From the NCBI RefSeq assembly GCF_009914755.1, contig NC_060931.1: a DNA stretch of 64,000 nucleotides; one strand, written 5' to 3'. The notes under the pieces are model-generated. The model did no database searches. It saw nothing but the letters and a program-made list of their open reading frames with translations, and had not been told where the DNA came from. Below, piece after piece: positions 50,790 to 61,614 of the stretch; position 1 is the stretch's first letter; each line of letters begins with the position of its first letter. Position numbers and translations under genes: made by a program. The DNA comes from the human T2T-CHM13v2.0 reference genome, Homo sapiens.

Positions 50790-51570
50790 ACTGTACCCAT
50801 ACAATGGAATATTACTTGCCAAAAAAAATGAAATACTAATATGTGCTACATGGATGAACCTTGAAAATATGCTAAGTGAAAGAAGCCAGTCACAAAAGAC
50901 CATACTGTATGATTCCATTTATATGAAATGCTCAGAATAAACAAATTTATAGACACAGAAAACAGATTCATTTTTGCTTAGGCTTGGGGGAACAAATGGA
51001 GGGAAATAATGGGGATTCACTAACAGGTACAAGGTTTCTGTTAGGACTGCAAACATATTCTAAAACTAGATTGTGGTGATGGTTGCTGCTATGGTTTGAC
51101 TATCCATCCCCTCCAAAACTCATGTTGAAATTTAATCCCCAATGTGGCAGTATTGAGAGGTGGGGCCTTTAAGAGGTGACTGGATCATAAGGGCTATGTC
51201 ATCAGAAATTGATTAATCTATTCATGGATTAATGAATTAATAGGCTATCATGGGAGTGGACTGGTGGCTTTATAAGAGGAAAAGAGACCTAAGTACATTA
51301 GCAATCGCCATGTGATACACTGTGCCGCCTCAGGACTCTTCAGAGTCCCCACCAGCAAGAAGGCTCTCACCAGATGTGGCCCCTCAACCTAGGATTTCTC
51401 AGCTTCCATAACTGTAAGAAATTCATTTTCCTTATAAATTTTCCAATAAATTATAAATGTATTATAAGCAATGGAAGATAAAGTTGCACAACTCTATATA
51501 TAAATTGAACTGTGTTAGACTTTAAATAGGTAAATTGAATATGTGAATTATGTATAAAGCTGCTTTTTAA
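50790..51570 (+). mobile_element. L1M 3' end interrupted by an MST LTR
   Basis: catacaatggaatattac...gattgtggtgatggttgc | acaactct... Confidence 0.75.
51087..51482 (+). mobile_element. MST-family MaLR solo LTR
   Basis: tgctatggtttga...ccctccaaaactcatgttgaaatttaatcccc; 5-bp TSD GTTGC. Confidence 0.85.
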
Positions 51571-52204
51571 AATACTATCTTTTTATTATAGCTATCACTG
51601 ATTGCATCATTACTATGTGCAAGAAACCTTAGAGGTGCTTTTTCATTTGATTCCTACCAACTCTGGAAGGTCAATTTCTGGTGTTACAGATGAGAAAAAC
51701 AGGTTTAGTAAATTTAAAACATTAACACAAGTTACTCAGGAATGGTGCCCAGATACATCACTCTAAAGCTCTTGCTTTCTAAACTATGCCATGCTTGCCA
51801 TCAAATAGTTAACCAAATTATAATAGGAGTATCGTTGAATATATAAATGGCCTTAGAAAAGCAGACATATTGTTTTTATCAATAGTAGGAATAAGGTTTT
51901 TTGAAGTATCACTGATAGCAAATGAGGTTTAAAAGGTTGAGCACCATTATGTTATTTAATTCAAAAACCACATCTAGAAAACAAATGCCTCTGGAAAACA
52001 ATTAAAATTAAGGTCATATAATTTGTCTCACGTCTTTCAGTTTATGTCAGAGCTAGATTGTATCTTGAAAATACCGACATTATCTGATTTGCCATTTTTT
52101 AAGTCAATGCCTCTGAAAATTACTCTTTAATATTAGCTGAAATGCCAACAAAATGCACAGAAATGATTATCATTTCCTTAAACTATATTAGGCAAACATA
52201 TTCC

Positions 52205-52210
52205 TTTATT
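52205..52210 (-). terminator. Candidate polyadenylation signal AATAAA for MTERF1 (gives a ~2 kb mRNA)
   Basis: tttatt on plus, about 680 nt downstream of the stop. More distal sites are possible. Confidence 0.55.
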
Positions 52211-52388
52211 TAGATTTTATATTCACATTTAGTTTTTTATGCACACATTTAAGACTTTATAAACACTAACATTAGCAATTCCAGAAGGGTAGGTAGATTT
52301 TTTAAATATAATTACTCTTATAAAAGGAAGAAATAGAGACTTTACTAAAGGACTGTATTTTTGACTTCACCTATAATGCAACTAATCA

Positions 52389-52910
52389 TGTACTTAGTTG
52401 CTATGTTAATCTATTTGCTTCTTCAGCAAATTATCACTGACTCAGTGGTTTAAAACAACACAAATTTACCATCTTATGGTTCTGTGGGTCAGAAGTTTGA
52501 CATTGATCTCACTGGGCCAAAAAGGTGCCAGCAAGGCTGCATTCCTTTCTGGGGACTCTAATGGAGAATCTGTTTCCTTGCCTTTTCAATCTTTTTTTAC
52601 AGGCCCCCTTCATTCCTTGGCTCAAGGTGTCTTCCTCCTTCAAAGCCACCTTTTAACTTCCTTCAAAAGTAGTTGTCTTTCTTATACAGGATCACTCTGA
52701 CCTCCTCTTTTGCCTCCCTCTTCAACTTTTAAAGATCCCTACAATTATATTAGGCCCTCCAAAGTAATTCAGGATAATCTCCCCATCTCAAGGCCCTTAA
52801 TAACATTTTAAATTAATCACTTCTGCAAAATTCTTTTGCAATGTGGCATAACATATTCACAGTTCCTGAGAATTAAAAACATTGGCATCCTTAGGCAAAT
52901 CTGCTTAACT
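52389..52910 (-). mobile_element. MLT1 (B/C/D-like) MaLR LTR forming most of the proximal MTERF1 3'UTR, in sense with the gene
   Basis: MLT1 hallmarks on plus: gtggtttaaaacaacacaaattta, gagaatctgtttccttgccttttc, caggataatctccccatctcaag, taacatattcacag. Confidence 0.85.
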
Positions 52911-54061
52911 TTTTCAATTTAGCTTCATATCTTTTTTTACTCCAAGATAGAAGAGTGATGTTTAAAGTACTCAAGTTACAGCCAGCATTTACCAATTCTT
53001 TGATTCGACTTTTTAAAGTACTTATGCTTGAATCCAGAACCCGAGGATTTTCGATTATTTGTGAAATGCTAATGTTTTCTTCCATGAGGCAGTCTATTTT
53101 ATCATTAAACTTTTTCTCTGCCAAGAAGATCACATCTGGATAGCTTAAGACAAACTTCTGTACCTCTTCTTCAGTACATCCAAGAGAAAACAGCTTCTCT
53201 TTGATGTTTGTGTAGCTTCTTCTGGCATAGTCATTGGAAAGGTCTAGGATTTCAGCTCCTGGACCACATATCAGAACCAGCAGTTCCTCACTGTTCAAAT
53301 TGAAAGTTGACCGTAAGAATTCAATGTTAGCTTTCACCCGCTTGGTGCTCTGAATTAAGATAAAAGGGTTTTTAAAAATTATCTTTCTGACAAAATCTGC
53401 GGGATCATTGTGACCCAATGACAAACCGGCTGCCTGCAAAAATTCAACCATCTGTTTATTCAGATCAAGACTATTGGAGAAGGTACGAGGGGCATTGGTC
53501 AACAATCGACAAAGGCATTTACGGGTCAATCCAACTGAGTAGAGGAACTTTATATTATTCTCTAAGTTTAGGTTGTTATTGGACCGAAAAAAGGATTCAG
53601 GAGAACGTTCCAAAATATTTACAATTTCAAGGTCTGATGTCACAATCTTTCTCCACAGATCCCACCGTTTTGAAAGATTCTCGGGAGTACGTGTTATTGC
53701 TCGTGGATATCTTGATATGATGCTAGCGATCACTTCTTTGCTAGCTCCTTTGGAAAGAAGGAACATCTTCAGGTCCTGCTCATTGGTAATCATCCTATGA
53801 AAAACTCCAGGCTGTCGTTTCCTTGCCATGTCAATATCTACTCCCATAGTAAGTAAGTTTTTCAGTAGGTCCTCATTTTTCAAAGGCTCACTGTCTGTAT
53901 TATGACACTTCACACCAAAAAGCCTAAATGAAACTGATTTGAAGATGTTTTCTGCTGAAAATCGAGTCATCCAACATCTTGAACCAAAGAGAAAGTTATT
54001 TCTCATATGCCAGAGGTTTCCTGGTGCCATAATGGTTAGGTAGTTCAAACCTTTTGAAATG
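52891..54061 (-). CDS. MTERF1: MTERF1 coding exon 3 (last nt of codon 10 to stop; mTERF-repeat DNA-binding protein, mitochondrial)
   Basis: ORF 52891..54099 translates to ...SISKGLNYLTIMAPGNLWHMRNNFLFGSRCW...SWSKKRYEAKLKKLSRFA, recognised as human MTERF1. Acceptor tttacacag|C at 54062/54061. 1171 nt plus 29 nt from exon 2 = 1200 nt = 399 aa + stop. Confidence 0.97.
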
Positions 54062-54554
54062 CTGTGTAAAACAACACATAAAATATTACACAAATGCATG
54101 TGTTAAACAACTAAATGACCATATTACAATCCTATAAGCATCATGGTCATTTCTATGAGAATATACCTTCAGCTCCAGCTCTCCAGAACTGTGTTAATAA
54201 TTCAGCCACTGCTGAATTATTAAATAAATAGTAAAACTACAATTTATATTTGTCTTAGCCTTTGAAAAATTCTACATGTTTTATAATATAAACAATATGA
54301 TTGTACTGTAAGACATATATAATCAATAAACAAATGTACATATATAACTGTCTCTCCCTAGCTCACTGCTTCTGTTACCTGTAAGCACAGGACTGCTTCC
54401 ATTGTTAACCTAAAGAAAAGCAGGTGGGGCACCATTAGTGCCCCAGAATTGTTCTTGCTTTTTTCTTGCTCTTTTTGTTTACCTTTGCCTGCCTTGGCTA
54501 CCTAAAATCAGTTGACCCTCTCCATCTCTGCTTTGTCCTCCTGATTTCCAAACT

Positions 54555-55005
<451 letters not shown>

Positions 55006-56649
55006 TAATTTCCATCTTGAACATCTTTTCCTAAATTCCTGCTACCCTTTATATCCATGCTACCATTAAAGCCTTAATTTTTCTTAGCTTATATAGACCT
55101 CTAGTCAACAGCTCTTGATCACAATCTCCATCTCATTTGGTTTACCCTATCATTCCCTACGTTGTAACCCAATAATTCCAAACCAATTTTCATCTTCAAA
55201 ATGATCTAGTTGTGATATTAAATCCACATGGCCCGCCACATGTGAAACTGTGCTGAAAGATGGCATGTAAACATTAAAACGTTACCTTTACCATTCTCCC
55301 CTTCTCCATCACCATATTACACAAGACTAATTCTGGGCTGTTTGCATCTGTTACACAACACTTTCAACTTGCAGCTTCTAGCATGTGACTAAAACCTCAA
55401 TAACTCATTTTCCTGATCATTTGGAAATGGGGCTCAAAACATACAAACTTATTTATAATCATAACCATAGGTCCCTACTAAAATGAGCATCTCTATTTAT
55501 AAGAAATATTTTATGAGGAAAGCAACAGAAAAAGTGTTCTGTTATTCAACCTATCTGATGATTTGTTTCTAAGCTACTTGTGCCTGAGTCATATAACAGT
55601 ACATATATATTTTTTAAACTGTACTTTTGCCTTTTTAGAATATATAGCTGTAACAAGTTCGTGCTTGATTTCTAATTACTTACAATGGGCTCTTACTTAG
55701 AAAAGGCATTTCTTTTTTCTCCTTCTCCTAATTAAGCATAAAACAGAAAATAGAGATAGATAATTCCAACCCACTACTAACCTCTTTGGGCTAAAGATAC
55801 TGCTTTCAAGATCAATTTCAAAGAAAGCCTCTTTGTGTCTGTCCTTTCAATTACTCCAATTTTAACTAGAACTTGATTATGCCTACAGGCAGGGAACATT
55901 CCTGTGGCTCACATAATCTACAGATTCTCACAGAATTGGGAAAAGATCCCAAAACTACAGAATCAAGTAATGTTCAAAGCCAAATGCAAGGTACTCACAA
56001 CATAAACATCAAACAACAAAAGCACATTTCAGATTGATCCATACTCTACTGAGCTCACTATTCTTCACTTCTCCGTAATACCACATACTACTCTGTAATT
56101 ACTCTTCCAAAAATGCATGAATTTAGAAACTTTAAAATATAATTATCCTTCTAACTGAAGAATGACGGCTCTACCTTGCATAGTTCAACAGCCTGTTTTC
56201 TCTTCCAGATGCTCGACTGACCTCTACTGGAATAAAGGGGCAGAATGCGTCAGCTGGAAATCAGATCAGTACTTTCTAGAGAGGTCCAAGATGATACAAT
56301 GGGATGGAGGAAGAAAATAGTTAAAACTACAATTTGTATTTGTCTTAGCCTTTGAAAAATTCTTTCTACATATGTTTTATAATATAAACAATATGATTGT
56401 ACTGTAAGACATATATAATCAATAAACAAATGTACATATATTGTAGGCATATTTCTATTGACAATGTACACAATCAAAAAAGTGTGAAGACTACTAGACA
56501 GTGCACTTTCTTAGGACTATTAGCATCATGGTAAACAGGCTGAATAAGCCACAGAATGTTCAACAGAAATTCTATTAATAACAAACTAAAAATAGGTGAA
56601 AATGTAAGCCAAAATTCTTAACAAAAAGTAACAAATCTATAAACGTTTC

Positions 56650-57370
56650 TTCTAAATCTGTCACAAGTAAATTTCATGTCTTGTGTATAACTCATCCTCC
56701 ATGGAAGTTTCTTCCACACAAACTTAACATGCCCCAAACTTGAGTATCTTTCCCAGTCCCCAAATTTGCCCTCTTCTGACTAAAGATATCATTATCACAA
56801 TCACTATCTAAGAGTCATTTGTGATAAAAATCTAAAAGTGAGCTTTGCTTTCTTCCTCTTCCTCAACTCCAGTCATCAAATCACGTAGACTCAACTTCTT
56901 TGGCATCTCTCTGAAATCCAACCTCGCTACTCTTTGTAATTCTCATTCTGTTACAAGTCTTCATTCTCTTTTACCCAGCCTGTAACAGCCACCTGATGTG
57001 CTTCTCTGACATCCATCACTCGAAACTGCCACCATACTGACATTTGTAAAATGATGTGATTATGTCCCTCATTCTCTGATTAAAGACCTTCTGTAGCTCT
57101 CCCCGAAAAAACAAAATCTTCAAAGTGATCTTTTTCTAGCTACCTTTTCAGTTAGCTAACTACCTTACCATCTACTTCTAACTACCTTTCTAGCTATCTC
57201 TTCTATTGTACCACCTCAATACCTAGCACTATCGCCTCTCAAACCTCTGATCCCAAACATCCTTGCCCATTCCTGTCTCCCTACCTTTGCTTAAGTTGTT
57301 CTTTCTTTTAGAAAGGCCCATCCTCCTGATGCCTATCCATAGGACAAGGTCCCATTCAAATATAATCTTC
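56650..57370 (+). mobile_element. L2 fragment in intron 2
   Basis: aacttaacatgccccaaact and further L2 motifs. Confidence 0.6.
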
Positions 57371-57510
57371 CCTCAAATCCTTAACTTACTTTAAAATACT
57401 AACCACTGAAATCAACCATTTGTTTTATGATAATTTATTACTAAGGAATCTAAAACTAAGCTTTCTATTTATAGAAAACAAGAGCTGAAATGGACTTACA
57501 ACTGGCAACT

Positions 57511-57679
57511 GAAATTTGGTCTTGATTACAATACTAAAATGCAATAAATTTACTCTAAAAATGACATCTAAAAATGACATGTGTGGTCTCAGCTAAACCT
57601 AGAAATTTGGTCTTGATTACAATACTAAAATGCAGTAAATTTACTCTAAAAATGACATGTGTGGTCTCAGCTAAACTTA
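57511..57679. repeat. 78-bp tandem duplication; the first copy carries an extra 13-bp internal duplication
   Basis: 57511-57601 vs 57602-57679; ctaaaaatgacat is repeated within copy 1. Confidence 0.93.
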
Positions 57680-57803
57680 GAAACAGTAATTAATAATATT
57701 GACTGTTAATGAACATATGAGGAAACAGAGGAAATTCTCAAATATTGTTAATGGACCAGAATTTGGCACCAGCTGCCACAATTTTAAATGTTCATAGCCT
57801 TTA

Positions 57804-58143
<340 letters not shown>

Positions 58144-58176
58144 ACAATATGTGTTTGTTATGAAAAAGGATGACTA

Positions 58177-58474
58177 GGCCAAGCACAGTGGCTTCACACC
58201 TATAATCTCACCACTTTGAGATGTTGGCCAGGAGTTTGAGATCAGCCTGGCCAACATGACGAAACCCCATCTCTACTAAAAATACTAAAATTAGCCAGGC
58301 ATGGTGATATATGTCTCTAATCCCAGCTACTCAGGTGGCTAAGGCACAATAACTGCTTAAACCTGGGAGGCGGAGGTTGTAGTGAGCTGAGATTGCACCA
58401 CTGCACTCCAGTCTGGGCAACAGAGCAAGAATCTGTCTCATAAAAAAAGAAAATAGAAGAAAAAGAAAGAAAAA
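58177..58474 (+). mobile_element. AluS-type SINE with a left-arm deletion
   Basis: ggccaagcacagtggc...ctgtctca followed by an A-rich tail. Confidence 0.87.
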
Positions 58475-59347
58475 GGATGACCATCATAACATTATTTGCT
58501 ATAACAAAGAAGAAGAAACCCAAATGGCCACCAATAGAATAATTAATAAATTGTGGTACATCTATGCAATATACTATAAAGGTGCCAAAAATAAAGGCCG
58601 ATCTACTGCAATCAAAAGATGTCAGATATTCTACATGACAAACTGCTTAACAGTATGGATAATGCCATGTATATTAAAGGCGGGGAGGGGGACGTTAATA
58701 TATACAGAGGGGGAAAGTGGAATGACACTTATTTCTGAAAGATTATTAGAGGCTATGTACTACTTCTGAAATACTGGGACTTTATTTAATGAATATGTGT
58801 TACTTTGCAGTCAGACGAAAAAATTTAAACAAGTAAAACTGGCCTTTGGTGTGAAAAACAATGGAAAATACAAATTATCTTTATCTATTTTTCGGTTTCT
58901 AGTACCAAAAAAGTCACACTTCAAAATTCTCCATGATGCTTTACTCTTAGCAACGGATCTCCATTCAAAATACTCATAATATCTAGTAGGGTAAATGAAC
59001 ATCTAAATAGCCTAATACAAGAAAGTTAGCAACTTTCCTCACGTACAAATTTCAAAAATGGTACCTATTCAAAAATTGACTTCGATCTATTTCTCAAATT
59101 GACTTTTTAATTAACCAAAACCATTATCCAAAGGGCTAATGTTCAAACTTAACAAACACTGAAAATTTCTATGCTTGTAGTATGAGGGGTCTAAAAAAAG
59201 ATTTACGTTCGCCTCTGCCCCACAACTGGCCTGTTAAAAAGGCTGTTAATGGAAATAACTAATCACTGGCCCTAAAATACCACATTCCAGCTGGTCTTCT
59301 TTTGATACAGCAAGCTAAGTTTGGAGATCTTTACATGCATTTCTCAC

Positions 59348-59376
59348 CTTGTTTGTCCTAAGGAAAGGCTCTGCAT
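59348..59376 (-). CDS. MTERF1: MTERF1 coding part of exon 2 (MQSLSLGQT + 2 nt); whole exon is 59348-59406
   Basis: Minus strand reads catttccag|AGATAG...GGAGGG ATG CAG AGC CTT TCC TTA GGA CAA ACA AG|gtgaga. The phase-2 join to exon 3 (AG+C = Ser10) restores the N-terminus MQSLSLGQTSISKG. Confidence 0.93.
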
Positions 59377-59609
59377 CCCTCCAGAAAGGCTGGAGAACAG
59401 CTATCTCTGGAAATGACACACACACACAAAAAAAAGGCAAAATATTTCAGGCCTTCCTAATACAAAATAAGAGATCGATCCCAGCTAACGTTCTCGTTGC
59501 ATTATGTTCTCGTGAGATGCATTACCTCTTGCAAACAACATTTCTCAGACATACAGAAAAGAAAACGGCAAGTACATGCCTACATATGATGGGAAAAGGT
59601 AGCGGAATC

Positions 59610-59805
59610 ACGAATACGTTTTGTACCAAAGCTAAGTGCTTCATATATATTGTCTCGCTTTACTCCCCACAACAATTTAAAAGGTAGGCATAAGCCTTAA
59701 AATTACAAAATCTGAAACAGCGCCGAGCTCCCATACTAGCCTGCCTTCGCTAGCTGAAGCATTAGGGTTCGAACCCAGGTGGGTCTTTCTTAACTCAAAA
59801 CCAAG
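59610..59805 (-). mobile_element. MIR relic in MTERF1 intron 1
   Basis: gctaagtgcttcatatatattgtctc...gggttcgaacccagg. Confidence 0.6.
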
Positions 59806-59949
59806 GTAATTCCACACCGAAGGCTCTTTCCATCCCTCTTCCTCCCCCAAAGACAAATCTGCAAAGGGCTGCACTGTACAGCAGTCACCCACACCCACTT
59901 CTTAACAAAAAGAAAGGAAAGCACAGCCTCACCACCTTCCCAATCTCAC

Positions 59950-60030
59950 CCTGAACTGCACCCATCCACTGTAGTTCGCTTTTACTTCCGCCTCTGGGGT
60001 CCGGAGCGGCTAGGAGGAGCGGAAGTGGAA
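59950..60030 (-). other. MTERF1: MTERF1 non-coding exon 1 (5' boundary approximate)
   Basis: Donor CAGG|gtgaga at 59950/59949, directly downstream of the CpG/ETS promoter. The TSS cannot be fixed from sequence. Confidence 0.75.
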
Positions 60031-60310
60031 AAGACTAACTTCCGGCCTCGGGTCGCGCGCAGAGGTGATGTCGTTGGTCCTGCGCCCCCTCGTGGCGGTA
60101 CTTCAGCCCTTCGCAGCCCGACGCTAGGGGCCTGGCAGGGGGCAGCAAGAGACCGCGGTGAGCGCGGGGTATTGAACGCCAAAGAAGGGGTTTGGAGGGT
60201 GGGGTGGGGCCTGGGACTCCCAGTCGCCTGGGCAGATGTCCGTGGGGAACTGTAAGGCATCTTATAGGGATCCTACAGGGGGCATCCACTGCCGGCCGAC
60301 GACACGTGGT
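59970..60310. promoter_or_regulatory. CpG-rich TATA-less promoter of MTERF1 with three ETS/GABPA (NRF-2) cores, an ACTACA motif, an E-box and a G4 motif
   Basis: The only non-repeat CpG-dense segment in the window. ACTTCCG 59984-59990, CGGAAGT 60020-60026, ACTTCCGG 60038-60045; GAACTACAGT on minus 59968-59977; CACGTG 60303-60308. Confidence 0.85.
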
Positions 60311-60898
60311 GGAAAAGTAGCTATTATTTACATGCGTGTTGCAGTTTTTGATAATGCGATTGCTGCTGCTAATGTGACTAACGCGATGCCGATGAACATC
60401 TCGGCGTTTTTTGGTGCAGGATAAGCGGGTGTAGACTCTGTCTGTTTAGTCCCAGATTCTCCTCCTTTAATGAACTACCGTGGAAATCCTGGAGTGTCAC
60501 TGCTGGTCTGAATTCAGCATCCGCCTTCAGGCTGGAAATCAATTCTAGTATACTTCGATTTCCTTACTTGCAGTTCGAATTCAAATATGATTCTTTTGAC
60601 ATTGTGAGGGTTTGCGCTATTTAAAGAATGGAGGCAACCGAAACCTCATCTCCACAGTGGATGCATTTTTGCTCCCTCCCGAGGCGTTGCCTTAAGCCAC
60701 GCGGTCCTGTCAGCCTCACCTGCCTAGTGATGGTGACAATGGAAGAGATAAAGCTTCAATTCAAGGCACTTCTCCTGTGACCATCAAAAGAAAGATAATA
60801 TCTACATTAATGAATTAATTGTGTCTGTCGAGTTATCCTCAGGAGACGATGGTGATTTGGTCCTTAAAAAAACACAGGATCAACAGGATTGACCCTGA

Positions 60899-61614
<716 letters not shown>

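Noticed and set aside
54062-54099. In-frame ATG giving the 402-aa ORF (MHLCNILCVVLH...)
   Set aside because: It lies in the intron upstream of a canonical acceptor; the spliced exon 2 supplies the recognised N-terminus.
59982-60289. Pro/Arg/Gly-rich ORFs on both strands
   Set aside because: Expected by-product of the stop-poor GC-rich promoter.
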